In this document: positions 44,006 through 53,710 of the stretch, one piece after another
Numbering within the stretch: position 1 is the stretch's first letter
How the letters are laid out: each line of letters begins with the position of its first letter
From: Candidatus Multivorans thiocomprendens
Lineage (GTDB): Bacteria > Acidobacteriota > Thermoanaerobaculia > Multivoradales > Multivoraceae
Length of the DNA: 64,000 bases
Direction: 5' to 3'
NCBI GenBank assembly: GCA_027493375.1
Contig: JAPVWO010000240.1
Location: forward strand, 175 to 64,174
Program-made: the position numbers and the translations under genes
The notes under the pieces: generated by a model
Seen by the model: the letters and a program-made list of their open reading frames with translations, nothing else
The model's database searches: none
What the model was told of the DNA's origin: nothing

Positions 44006-47000
44006 TCATCGGAGGTACATGAACTCCTTCAGGTTGAACATGGCGTGGGCCAGTCGGCGCCACGCGTCGCCGCCGCCGGCGCTCTGTTCGAGCTGGTCGG
44101 CCTCCGCTTCGAGGCGAGCGATGCGGGACCAACTGCCGCGGTAGATCCGCGCCTGTTCCGCTTCCGACGGCGCTTCGATGTTGCCGAGCGCCGAGGCCGC
44201 GATGTCGGCAGGGGCCAGGACGCGGTCGTAGAGGCGGGCCTGGAGCAGCCCCAGAGGCGCGTCGCCGGCGCCCGCGAACCGGATGCGACCCTTCTCCATG
44301 CTCATCGGAAGTTCCTGGCGGACGCTTTCCGGGCCGGCCTCAACTCCGTTCCGGTACGCGGTCCAGGCGCCCTTGCGGTCCCGTGCCAGGACCAGGTGGA
44401 CCGGTGCGTCGCCCGCGTCCGCTTCGCCCGGGAGGCCGGCTACCCAGGCCTCGAGCGTGTACTCGTCGAACGTCCGCCGGATCGGCTTCGACGTCACGAC
44501 ATCCGACATCTCCAGCCACAGTGCGCCGTCGTCCACGCGGACGTGGCGGCCGAGCTTGAGCGGGAAAGCGCCGATGGAATCGTAGGCGCGACCGTTCTTG
44601 GGCCGGTCGTCGAACTCCCATGCGGCGACCGCCCTGGGCGCCGACGCGCGATGGTAGAAGCGCAGCACGCCGCGGGTCTTGTCCGCGGTGAAGTCGCGGA
44701 TTCCGGCGCTCTCTTTGCGACGTTCCATGGCCGCCGCGCTCCACGCTTCCACGTCTTCCCGCGCGGGCTTCCGGTCGACGGCCTGCTCCAGAAACTGCTC
44801 GGCGGCGCCGAGTTCCGGTTCGGTCGGGGGCCGGCCGAGGGCGAGCCGGAACAACGCGGCGATGCGTTCCCGGTCGCTGTGCAGACCGGGGTCCCGGGCG
44901 ATCCGCTCGGCGAAGCGAGTGGCCAGGTGCATGACCTGGGTGTTGTTCATCATGAGCAGAGACTGCGCGGGCACGTTGGTCTGGTCGCGCTGGCCCTTGG
45001 TCGTCACCGGGGTGGGCAGGTCGAGCGTGTGGAGCAGGGGATCCGGCTGGTTCCGAATGACCTGAACGTAGATGCTCCGCCGGTTCGACCAGCCGGGCTC
45101 CGGTGGGGTCTCGCTGGCTGCCACCGGTTCGAGTTGACCGGCGGCGATCAGCATCGAGTCGCGCACCGCTTCGGCCTCCAGGCGGCGCAGATGGGCATGG
45201 GAGAGGAGGTCGTTTCGGGGATCCCGTTCCCGGGCGGCTTCCGACGGCGTCGACTCGAGCTGGAAGGCCCGGGTCGAGGCGAGCCGCCGCACGAACGTCT
45301 TCAGGGACCAGTTGTCGTCCTGAAGCGTCGTCGCCAGGTGGTCGAGGAGGGCGGCGTTCGACGGCGGCTCGCCCATTTGCCCGAAGTTGTCCGGCGTGGC
45401 GACGATGCCGCGGCCGAAGGTGTGGGCCCAGAGGCGGTTCGCGATGACGCGGGCGGTGAGCGGGTTGCCGGGGTCGAGGACGCTGTCGGCCAGGGCCAGC
45501 CGCGGGTGGACCGAGTCCGCGTAGGGCTCGGGGTCGATCGCCTCGAGGAAGCGCTGCGGCACCGGTTCGCCGAGCCGCCGGTGGTTGCCCCGCTCCATCA
45601 GCGGCTGATCGAAGCGCGGGCCGGCGAGCACCGCGGGAGAGCGGGTCGGCACGGGGATCGCCTCCTCGAGCTGCCTGATCCTGTCGACGATCGCACGCGC
45701 TTCCGGTACGTCGCCGAGTTCGTTCGGCAGCAGGCCGCGGCGCACGAAGCTCGCCAGGAAGCGGGCCTGGGCGTCGGTCATCGAACCGTCGCGCCAGGCC
45801 TCGGCGGCTCCGCGAAGCGCTTCGCCGTAACGGGCCGCCAGCTCGCCGCGGTCGCCGGGCGCTCCCTCGATCTCGAACAGGGGCGCCGTGAACTCGGCCG
45901 GCTCGTCGCGGGGAAACTCGCCGTCTTCGTCGAGCACGACCGCCTCCGTGATCCCGAACCAGGAGCGGTCCGAGCGTCCGCCGGAGCTCTCCCCCGTCAT
46001 CGGGTGATCGGCGGCCGTCACCAGCTCGATGTAGGCGTGGTCGCCGTCCCAGTAGGCGAGGTCCCAGTGTTGCCATCGCCACTCGCCGTCCGAGAGGGTT
46101 TCGATCGGATGGACCTCGCCTCGTTGGGGGTAGTTCTGGACCGCGTAGCGCGCGACCGCCCCGCCGCGGCCGGCGATCCGCACCGCAAGCTTCTGATTGG
46201 CCTCGATGAGAAACCGCGGTGACGAGAAGGTGCCGTTGTGGCGGTTGGTGAGCGAGTGCGTGTAGACGCCGCCGGGCAGGATGTCGGCGACGATCGTCCC
46301 GCCGCCCTGGGTGACCTCGTAGCTCCCGGATGCCTGCGGCTTCGCGTCGGGAAGGCCGTTGCCGTGCCGGTACCACTGCTCGACGTCCCCGGTTCGGCTC
46401 AGGTCCCAACGCCGGACGGCGGGCGCCTGTCGCCTTGCCTCGAGTTGCTGCCCGCTCCGTTCGTAGGCGGCGGCCAGCTCCCGCCACTGCTTCGCGAAGG
46501 CCCCGCGGCCACGGATTCGACCGGCTCGAACCCAGGCATAGAGCGGGTCGTAGGGAGACTGGCCGCCCGTGAGTGCCGCGGCCCACGGGCCGTCCGGCTG
46601 CCGCAGCCGGGCCGGCACCTCGGCCGCGGCCTCGATCCATGCGTCGGCCAGCACCTGCCTCAGCTCGCCCTTGAGCCGGACCAGGTCGTCCCGGTGGGCG
46701 TTCCGGCGCGCCTCATCGTCTATCGTCTGGACGCCCGGGCGGCCGTTGACCATCGTGCCGTAGAGGGCGTAGAAGTCGGTCTGGCTGATCGCGTCGAACT
46801 TGTGGTCGTGGCAGCGCGCGCAGGCGACGGTCATTCCCAGGAACGCCTTGGAGACGACGTCGATCTGGTTCTCGGTGAAGCGGACCTGCTCGTCGAGGGC
46901 GTCGGTGGGGCCGAAGCCGTGCAGGACGAAGCGGTACTGGGCGATGCCGATCGCCGATTCGTTGATGCCGAGTTCGGCGTTCATCCGCGGCTCGTCGAGC

Positions 47001-47929
47001 AGGTCGCCGGCCAGGTGCTCGCGGATCAACCGGTCGACGGGCACGTCGGCGTTCAGCGCCCGGATCAGGTAGTCGCGGTAGCGCCAGGCGTAGGGCACCG
47101 GTGGGTCGCCTTCGCTGCCGTGCGTCTCGGCGTAGCGGATCCAGTCCATCCAGTGCCGGGCCCAGCGTTCGCCGAAGGCCGGATCGGCGAGCAGCCGGTC
47201 GATCTCGTCCGCGACCGCGGCGTCCCGGTCGATCGCGGCGCGGCGCTCGAAGTCGTCCACCTGGGCGGGCGTCGGCGGCAGGCCGGTCAGCACGTAGGAC
47301 AGGCGGCGCATCAGGACGCGCGGCTCGGCGAGCGGCGCGGGCTCGAGCCCGGCGTCCGCGATGCCGCGGGCCAGGAACCGGTCGATTCCGTTGCGCGACC
47401 AGTCCGCGGCGGCGACCTCGGGGGGTTCCGGGTCGTCGATCGGTTGCAGGCTCCACCAGCTCTTCCGCTGTTCGAGGATCGTCTGCCACGCGGTCGCTTC
47501 CCTGAGCGCATCGGCGGAGGGCGGTTCGTCCCGCGGGTCGGGTGCTCCGATCTCGATCCAGCGCTCGAAGTCGGCGATCACCTCGTCGGGCAGTTTCGCG
47601 CCGCCCAGGGGCATGCGGAAGTCGAGGCTGGGGTGGCGCATCGCCCGAAGAAGAAGACTGCCGCGGGGCTTGCCGGGCTCGATCGCCGGGCCCCGCATGC
47701 CGCCCTCGAGCATGCCGCCGCGGTAGTCCAGGCGAAGTCCGCTCTCCGCGATCTCCGTGCTGTTGTGGCACGTGTAGCAGTGCTCGACCAGAACCGGGCG
47801 GATCTTCTGTTCGAAGAACTCGAGATCCTCCGGGGCGAACTCCGACGCGGCAGCCGGTCCCGCGCCGAGTAACAGTGCGGCCAGGATCGCGGTGCCCGTG
47901 CGAGGCGGAATCCTCCGTTTCGCGTGCAT
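44006..47929 (-). CDS. PSCyt1/DUF1549/DUF1553 (PSD1-type) large exported protein
   Basis: The ATG at 47929 (aa 106) gives a signal peptide [29 protein letters not shown]. It has the haem-binding-type CYTCH followed by ...[18 protein letters not shown]...WIEIGAP. The DUF1549 block is [19 protein letters not shown] and the DUF1553 block is [10 protein letters not shown]. Confidence 0.9.
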   Translation of the reverse strand: MHAKRRIPPRTGTAILAALLLGAGPAAASEFAPEDLEFFEQKIRPVLVEHCYTCHNSTEIAESGLRLDYRGGMLEGGMRGPAIEPGKPRGSLLLRAMRHPSLDFRMPLGGAKLPDEVIADFERWIEIGAPDPRDEPPSADALREATAWQTILEQRKSWWSLQPIDDPEPPEVAAADWSRNGIDRFLARGIADAGLEPAPLAEPRVLMRRLSYVLTGLPPTPAQVDDFERRAAIDRDAAVADEIDRLLADPAFGERWARHWMDWIRYAETHGSEGDPPVPYAWRYRDYLIRALNADVPVDRLIREHLAGDLLDEPRMNAELGINESAIGIAQYRFVLHGFGPTDALDEQVRFTENQIDVVSKAFLGMTVACARCHDHKFDAISQTDFYALYGTMVNGRPGVQTIDDEARRNAHRDDLVRLKGELRQVLADAWIEAAAEVPARLRQPDGPWAAALTGGQSPYDPLYAWVRAGRIRGRGAFAKQWRELAAAYERSGQQLEARRQAPAVRRWDLSRTGDVEQWYRHGNGLPDAKPQASGSYEVTQGGGTIVADILPGGVYTHSLTNRHNGTFSSPRFLIEANQKLAVRIAGRGGAVARYAVQNYPQRGEVHPIETLSDGEWRWQHWDLAYWDGDHAYIELVTAADHPMTGESSGGRSDRSWFGITEAVVLDEDGEFPRDEPAEFTAPLFEIEGAPGDRGELAARYGEALRGAAEAWRDGSMTDAQARFLASFVRRGLLPNELGDVPEARAIVDRIRQLEEAIPVPTRSPAVLAGPRFDQPLMERGNHRRLGEPVPQRFLEAIDPEPYADSVHPRLALADSVLDPGNPLTARVIANRLWAHTFGRGIVATPDNFGQMGEPPSNAALLDHLATTLQDDNWSLKTFVRRLASTRAFQLESTPSEAARERDPRNDLLSHAHLRRLEAEAVRDSMLIAAGQLEPVAASETPPEPGWSNRRSIYVQVIRNQPDPLLHTLDLPTPVTTKGQRDQTNVPAQSLLMMNNTQVMHLATRFAERIARDPGLHSDRERIAALFRLALGRPPTEPELGAAEQFLEQAVDRKPAREDVEAWSAAAMERRKESAGIRDFTADKTRGVLRFYHRASAPRAVAAWEFDDRPKNGRAYDSIGAFPLKLGRHVRVDDGALWLEMSDVVTSKPIRRTFDEYTLEAWVAGLPGEADAGDAPVHLVLARDRKGAWTAYRNGVEAGPESVRQELPMSMEKGRIRFAGAGDAPLGLLQARLYDRVLAPADIAASALGNIEAPSEAEQARIYRGSWSRIARLEAEADQLEQSAGGGDAWRRLAHAMFNLKEFMYLR

Positions 47930-47940
47930 TGGAACGCCGT

Positions 47941-50013
47941 TCAGTTTACAACGTGGGTCGACCTGTCGTAGCGGTCGATCACGCTTCCCGTCACGCCCTC
48001 GCGGATGGTCCCGAACAGCTCGCCGCGCCAGCCGCGTCCCTTCGACACCTCGGTCGAGATGACGACGACGACCATGTCCTCGGCCGGGGAGACGTAGATG
48101 TACTGGCCGCCGTAGCCGCTGGCGATGTACGCGCCGCGTTCGCGCGGCCCCCTGAGCCACCACAGGTAGCCGTAGCCGCCGTAGATCCGGCCGCGCCCCC
48201 GGGGGGCGGCGAGTCCGGCGGGTCGGGTCGACCGGTCCACCCACTGCCAGGGCAGCAGTTGCTCACCGCCCCAGCGGCCGCGGTTCAGGTAGAGCTGACC
48301 GAACTTCAGCATGTCGCGCGGTCGCAGGGAGAGGTTGTTGCCGCCTGCATGGATGCCCTGCCGGTCGCGGGCCCAGGCCGCAGGGCCGATTCCCAGCGGG
48401 TCGAAGAGGTGGCTGCGAGCGAAGTCGTGCGTGCTCCGGCCGGCGGCGCGGGAGAGGGTCGCCGAGAGCAGATGCGTGCCGCCCGTGCTGTAGGAAAAGC
48501 GGGTGCCCGGCTCCGCCTGCAGCGGGCGGCCGAGCGCGGCGCGGACCCAGTTGCGCGACGCCACCCAGGAGCCGTAGTTGCCGAAGCTGGTCGACTCGAG
48601 GCCGGAGGTCATCGTCAGAAGGTGGCGCACCGTGATCGCCCGCTTGTCCGGGTCGTCGAGTTCGCGGCCTTCCGGCAGCACGCCGGCGATTTCCTGGTCG
48701 AGGTCCAGCAGTCCCCGTTCGATCGCCAGACCGGCCAGGGCCGAGAGGACGCTCTTGGAGGCTGACTTCAGGTTGTGCGGCCGGTGGCCGGCGGAGCCGC
48801 GGAAGTGCCGCTCCGCAACGAGCCTGCCGTGGCGAGCGACGAGGATGCCCTGGAGCCCGTCGAGTTCGCCGATCCGCTCGAGGGCCTTCTCCAGCCGTTC
48901 GGAGTCGAGGCCGACCTCCGTGGGAGTCGCGGCCCGCCAGTCGCCGGACCAGTCGTCGTCGCCGGGAGGAACCGGTAGCTGAAGCTCGACGAGGATGCCC
49001 GGGTGATCCGAGATCGCATCGGCCTCCGCCCACTCCGTCCAGAGCGGCCACCAGTCGGAGTTGCGGGCGTCAAGCAGGACGTGGTCGATGCCTCCCTCCA
49101 GGAGGTCGCGGTAGCCGGCTTCCCGGAAACGGGCCAGCGCCGGATGGTCGTCCGACAGGTTCAGGTCGCCGGCGATCAGGACGGGACGCCCCGGCCGGGC
49201 GACGATGCGCTCCAGGAGACCTTCGGCCTGGGCGCCGGCGAGGTCGGCGTCGCCGTTGGCGAGGTGGACACCGACGAGGTCGAAGGTCAACCCGGGGTGG
49301 TCGATGCGCGCGGTCAGCGCGATGCGGCGCTCGAAGGCGTCGCGGTCGGGGCCAAGCGGCCACACCTCGGGGTCGACAATGGGGAAGCGGCTGAGGATCG
49401 CCGAACCCTCCTCGAAGCCCAGCCATTTGATCGAGCCGTTGGCGCGGGCGTAGACGGCGTGGAAGCCGAGTTCCCGAGCCAGGCGGTCGGCGAGACAGCC
49501 TTCGCCGAGCGCGCACCAGGCCTCCTGCAGCACGACGATGTCGGGTTGCAGCCGTGAGACCTCCGCCGCGAGGCGGCCGGCCCGGACCAACCGATCGGAG
49601 GAACTCTCCTTGACGACCAGGCGGCCGCCGGGGTCCGGGTAGCCGTGCCAGGCGTTCAGTTGGAGGATGCGAAGCCGGTCCGCTGGCGGTGCGGCCGTGG
49701 TCGGTTCGACACCCCCGGCGGCGCGCGGCTCGGCCGGCGCCTGGTCGGCCAGGATCCTCGTGAAGGCGGGGCTCGAGGCCACCGCCAGCAGGCCGAGGAC
49801 TCCCGCCGCAACGCGGACCGCCGGATGACCCTGGCGGAGAACGACTGCCGCCAGAACGGCTGCCGCTCCGCCGGCCGGCGCGGCGATCAACAGCAGCCGC
49901 GCCAGGTCGGGTTGGACAACGGTGAACGATCCGGCGAGCCAGGGCAACGAACCCAGCGCGCCGGCGATCAGGCCGGCTGCCAAGGCCAGAAAGGAGGAGA
50001 GGTTGCGCGTCAA
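47941..50013 (-). CDS. membrane-anchored endonuclease/exonuclease/phosphatase (EEP) domain fused to a beta-lactamase-like serine hydrolase domain
   Basis: TTG start as in the track, so the start is uncertain. It has three N-terminal TM segments. EEP blocks are LRILQLNAWHG, IVVLQEA, IAGDLNL and ISDHPGILVEL. These are followed by VARHGRLVAERHF...LKSASKS (SxxK)...YSTGG... Confidence 0.75.
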   Translation of the reverse strand: MTRNLSSFLALAAGLIAGALGSLPWLAGSFTVVQPDLARLLLIAAPAGGAAAVLAAVVLRQGHPAVRVAAGVLGLLAVASSPAFTRILADQAPAEPRAAGGVEPTTAAPPADRLRILQLNAWHGYPDPGGRLVVKESSSDRLVRAGRLAAEVSRLQPDIVVLQEAWCALGEGCLADRLARELGFHAVYARANGSIKWLGFEEGSAILSRFPIVDPEVWPLGPDRDAFERRIALTARIDHPGLTFDLVGVHLANGDADLAGAQAEGLLERIVARPGRPVLIAGDLNLSDDHPALARFREAGYRDLLEGGIDHVLLDARNSDWWPLWTEWAEADAISDHPGILVELQLPVPPGDDDWSGDWRAATPTEVGLDSERLEKALERIGELDGLQGILVARHGRLVAERHFRGSAGHRPHNLKSASKSVLSALAGLAIERGLLDLDQEIAGVLPEGRELDDPDKRAITVRHLLTMTSGLESTSFGNYGSWVASRNWVRAALGRPLQAEPGTRFSYSTGGTHLLSATLSRAAGRSTHDFARSHLFDPLGIGPAAWARDRQGIHAGGNNLSLRPRDMLKFGQLYLNRGRWGGEQLLPWQWVDRSTRPAGLAAPRGRGRIYGGYGYLWWLRGPRERGAYIASGYGGQYIYVSPAEDMVVVVISTEVSKGRGWRGELFGTIREGVTGSVIDRYDRSTHVVN

Positions 50014-50164
50014 GACGAACTCCGGAAGCCCGGAAGCCTAGTCCGCCCGCTCCGAACACCGGGCGAATGACGGCCGCGTGAGACGGAATCCAGGTGCTAG
50101 CCTAGGAGTTACACGGGACAAGCGACATGGAGACAGCGGCTCCGCCGCGGAAAGGAGGTCCGGA

Positions 50165-50719
50165 ATGGGCAATCGAGGTAACCCCCGGAGGATCTCTGCG
50201 ACACTTGTGTTCTGCTCGGTGCTGGTCCTCGTCGCGGGCTGCGCCGCGCCTCCGGAAGAGCCGCCCGCCCCCGAGGTGGACCCGAGGGCCGAGGCCGAGG
50301 CCGCGTTGGGCGAGTTGGCGGCCAAGTACCTTCAGGCCGTCAACCGGGGCGACGCGGATGGACTGGCGGTGCTCTACACCGAGGACGCGATTCGGCTTCC
50401 TTCGGACGGCCGGCGCATCGAGGGCAGGGACGCCATCCGGCTGTTCGCCGCGGCGGACTACGCCGACACCGACTGGGACATGCAGCTTCATGTCGACGAC
50501 AGCGACTACAGCGGCGATCTGGCCTTCGTGCGGGGCACGTACGCCCTCACCCTCACCTCGAAGGAGGATTCGTCCGTCGTCTACCAGGAAGTGGGCAAGT
50601 GGATGGATCTGATGCGCCGCGGGGAAGACGGCTCGTGGTTGATCGCGCGGGAGATCTCGAATCGGGATCATCCAGCGGGCCAGATGCCGGCGGATGCAAT
50701 ACCCCAGGAGGAGGGCTGA
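50165..50719 (+). CDS. DUF4440/SnoaL-like (NTF2-fold) lipoprotein
   Basis: AGGAGG lies 7 nt upstream of the ATG at 50165. The lipobox is VLVLVAGC. The NTF2-like core reads AAKYLQAVNRGDADGLAVLYTEDAIRLPSDG...WLIAREISN. Confidence 0.75.
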   Translation: MGNRGNPRRISATLVFCSVLVLVAGCAAPPEEPPAPEVDPRAEAEAALGELAAKYLQAVNRGDADGLAVLYTEDAIRLPSDGRRIEGRDAIRLFAAADYADTDWDMQLHVDDSDYSGDLAFVRGTYALTLTSKEDSSVVYQEVGKWMDLMRRGEDGSWLIAREISNRDHPAGQMPADAIPQEEG

Positions 50720-50721
50720 TC

Positions 50722-51240
50722 ATGAAGAGCACGACCCGCTGGCATGAGCGTCCCGGGGTCAGCTTCCTGGCTGTCCTGCTGGTCGGTTTCGTCGTCGTTG
50801 CCTGCCCTCCGGTCGAGGAGGAGGTGGCCGAGGATCCGAACGCGGTCGAACCCAGCCGCGGCGACGAGGACGCCCTCAACGCCCTGGTAGCCGACTTCAT
50901 GGTTGCGCTCAATACGGGCGACGCGGACGCGATGGCGGCGCTCTATGCCGCGGACGCGGTCCGCATGCAGCCGGAAGGTCCCCCGATCGGCGGCCGGGAG
51001 ACGATCCGGCAGAACATCTCGCAGTTCTTCGAGACCGGCAGCCTGGACGTGCAGCTCCAGGTCGAGGAGACGGAGTTCAGCGGCGAGCTGGCCTACGTCA
51101 TGGGCACGTTCGCTCTCGGAGTGATCCCGAACGACGGTTCGCCCAGAACGGACTCGCTCGGCCACTGGATGCGGTTGATGCGGCGCGAGCCGGACGGCAG
51201 TTGGCTCATAGCGTACGAACTCTGGAACATCCAGGCGTAG
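50722..51240 (+). CDS. DUF4440/SnoaL-like (NTF2-fold) exported protein, tandem paralogue
   Basis: The ATG at 50722 lies 2 nt after the previous stop, with GGAGGAGGG upstream. It has the same architecture (VADFMVALNTGDADAMAALYAADAVRMQPEG...WLIAYELWN). Confidence 0.75.
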   Translation: MKSTTRWHERPGVSFLAVLLVGFVVVACPPVEEEVAEDPNAVEPSRGDEDALNALVADFMVALNTGDADAMAALYAADAVRMQPEGPPIGGRETIRQNISQFFETGSLDVQLQVEETEFSGELAYVMGTFALGVIPNDGSPRTDSLGHWMRLMRREPDGSWLIAYELWNIQA

Positions 51241-51318
51241 CGCCAGGTCCGGAGCGGGTCGCCCGGAGGTCGGCGGGCTCGGGACGGCGAAGACCGCTAT
51301 GATGCGTCGCCGTTCCTG

Positions 51319-52368
51319 ATGTCTGAACCGTCGCCGCAGCCCCTCACCTTCATGGGCGCCCCCGGGTCGCCCTACACGCGAAAGATGCGGGCGGTGCTGC
51401 GCTACCGGCGCATCCCGTACCGCTTCCTGATCTCCGGCGCCGACGGCCGTGAGGACCTGCCGGCCGCCAAGGTCCGGCTGCTTCCCACGTTCTACCTGCC
51501 GAACGCCGAGGGCGAGGTCGAGGCGGTCGTCGATTCGACGCCGCTGATCCGGCGCTTCGAGCGGGAGTTTGAGGGGCGCGCCGTGATTCCAGCGGACCCG
51601 GTGACCGCATTCATCGACTACCTGCTCGAGGACTTCGGCGACGAGTGGTTGACCAAGGCCATGTTCCACTATCGCTGGGCGTACGAAGCGGATATCGAGA
51701 AGGCTGGCCAGATCCTGCCGCGTTGGCGGCAGGTCGAAGGTCCCGAGGAGCACTTCCGGCAGGCGGCGAAGACGGTCTCCGAGCGACAGATCTCCAGGCT
51801 CTGGGTCGTGGGCTCGAACGAGACGACGGGCCCCGTGATCGAGGCCAGCTATCGGCGCATCCTGGAACTGTTCCGGGACCACCTGACGGAGCGCCAGTTC
51901 CTGATGGGCAGCCGTCCGGGCGCTTCCGACTTCGCGTTCTTCGGCCAGTTGACTCAGCTCGCGGCCTTCGATCCGACGCCGATGGCGGTGACCCTGGAAG
52001 TGGCGCCGCGCGTCTATGCGTGGGTCGATCGGGTCGAGGACCTGTCCGGCCTTGAACCGGACGACGACGACTGGATCGGTCGTGAGCTGTCCGCGACGCT
52101 CCGAGCGCTCCTCGGCGAAGTCGGCCGCGTCTACGCTCCCTTCCTGATCGCCAACGCGAGAGCGCTGGCGTCGGGCGCCGACCGCGTCGAGTGCGAGATC
52201 GACGGCCGTCCCTGGGTGCAGAAGCCGTTTCCATACCAGGGCAAATGCCTGATGTGGCTGCGGGAGCGGTACGGGGCGTTGTCGGCTGAAGACCGGTCGG
52301 CCCTCGACGGATTGCTCGACGGCACCGGTTGTGAAGCGCTGGTGGCCGGCGGAGCCTCGGGGCCCTAG
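51319..52368 (+). CDS. glutathione S-transferase-family protein (long form)
   Basis: 349 aa. It has a thioredoxin-like N-terminus (LTFMGAPGSPYTRKMRAVLRYRRIPYRFL ... DSTPLIRRFE) and a helical C-terminal domain. The antisense track ORFs here are shadows. Confidence 0.75.
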   Translation: MSEPSPQPLTFMGAPGSPYTRKMRAVLRYRRIPYRFLISGADGREDLPAAKVRLLPTFYLPNAEGEVEAVVDSTPLIRRFEREFEGRAVIPADPVTAFIDYLLEDFGDEWLTKAMFHYRWAYEADIEKAGQILPRWRQVEGPEEHFRQAAKTVSERQISRLWVVGSNETTGPVIEASYRRILELFRDHLTERQFLMGSRPGASDFAFFGQLTQLAAFDPTPMAVTLEVAPRVYAWVDRVEDLSGLEPDDDDWIGRELSATLRALLGEVGRVYAPFLIANARALASGADRVECEIDGRPWVQKPFPYQGKCLMWLRERYGALSAEDRSALDGLLDGTGCEALVAGGASGP

Positions 52369-52390
52369 GCCAGCGGCAGGACTGAGCGCT

Positions 52391-53710
52391 GTGAAGGCCG
52401 GGACCGGGGACACGGGAGACGGATCCGGCACCGGCGGCGGGCGGTTCTCGCGGATCAACTGGGGCTTCTACGGCTGGCGGATGATGCCGTTCGCCTGGCT
52501 GATCTACGGCTTGGGCGCCGCGCCCTTCTACAGTTGGGGCTACTTCGCCGCTGGCATGAACGCCGAGCTGGGGTTGACCCGCGCCGACAGCGGTCTCGCG
52601 TTCGGGATCTGGACGTTCTTCGGCGGCGCCGTCGCGCCTCTCATTGGCGTCTGCCTGACCCGGTTCGGGCTGCGGCCCGTGTTTACGCTCGGCTTCTTCG
52701 TGGTGGCCGGCGCCTACTACCTGACGAGCCGGGCGCAGGATCGGTGGGATGTCCTGCTGTACTTCGGTCTGTTCGCCGGCTTGACCCACACGTTCACCAC
52801 GGTGCTGCCGACGCAGACTCTGGCGACCAACTGGTTCCTGCGCTGGCGAGCCAGCGCGCTGGCTTTCCTGCTGACCGCCGCTGGTCTGATGGGCCCGCTG
52901 ATTCTCCGATTCGACGCGGTTCTTCTGGGCAGGGGCGGGACCTGGCGTGAAGGCTGGGGGCTCATCTCCCTGCTTTGCTGCGTTCTCGGCGCACTTTCCT
53001 TCCTGGCCATTCGCAACCGGCCGGAGTCGGTTGGCCAGCTCCGCGACGGGGCCCGTACGCTGGCTGAACTGGAGGCGACAGCCCCTCGGTCCGAGCCTGC
53101 CGGCGGCGACCACTGGACTGCGGTCGAGGCGCTCCGGACGCCGCAGTTCGCGCTGATGGTGGTCTGCGGCCTTGGCTATGCCGTGCCGTGGGGCGTCGTG
53201 AACGCCCATGGCGGGCTTCATCTGCGCGATCTCGGATTCGGCGATGCGCCGGTGGCTGCTCTGCTGGGCCTCATGATCCTCTGCAGCACGGGTGGCCGCA
53301 TTGCGGGCGCTCTGGGCGATCTCGTTCGGCCTCCGCGTCTCCTCGGGTTCGCTCTCGCCATGGAAGGCGCCGGAATGGCTCTCTTCCTCCTTGCCGGCTC
53401 GGCCTGGACCGCCCGCGTCGCACTCGTCCTGCTCGGCCTCGGGTTCGGTATGGCCTACATCAGCCAGGCCGCGACCTTCGCCAGCTTCTTCGGCCGTCGC
53501 GCCTTCGCCACGACGACGGGCACACGGTTCGCGATCGGCGCACCATTCGGGGCGCTCGTTCCCTTCCTCGCAGGCCTGGCGTTCGACACGTGGGGCAGCT
53601 ACGCCGTTCCGTTTCTGGCGATTGCCACGGTGACCCTGACCGGGTCGGTCGTTGCGTTCTTCTTGCAGCCGCCGCGGAAGAAACAGGACGCGGTGGGTCA
53701 GAACCGCTAG
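52391..53710 (+). CDS. MFS transporter
   Basis: About 12 TM segments with MFS-like loops. The start is uncertain: GTG 52391 is listed, and GTG 52331 or ATG about 52482 are also possible. Confidence 0.75.
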   Translation: MKAGTGDTGDGSGTGGGRFSRINWGFYGWRMMPFAWLIYGLGAAPFYSWGYFAAGMNAELGLTRADSGLAFGIWTFFGGAVAPLIGVCLTRFGLRPVFTLGFFVVAGAYYLTSRAQDRWDVLLYFGLFAGLTHTFTTVLPTQTLATNWFLRWRASALAFLLTAAGLMGPLILRFDAVLLGRGGTWREGWGLISLLCCVLGALSFLAIRNRPESVGQLRDGARTLAELEATAPRSEPAGGDHWTAVEALRTPQFALMVVCGLGYAVPWGVVNAHGGLHLRDLGFGDAPVAALLGLMILCSTGGRIAGALGDLVRPPRLLGFALAMEGAGMALFLLAGSAWTARVALVLLGLGFGMAYISQAATFASFFGRRAFATTTGTRFAIGAPFGALVPFLAGLAFDTWGSYAVPFLAIATVTLTGSVVAFFLQPPRKKQDAVGQNR

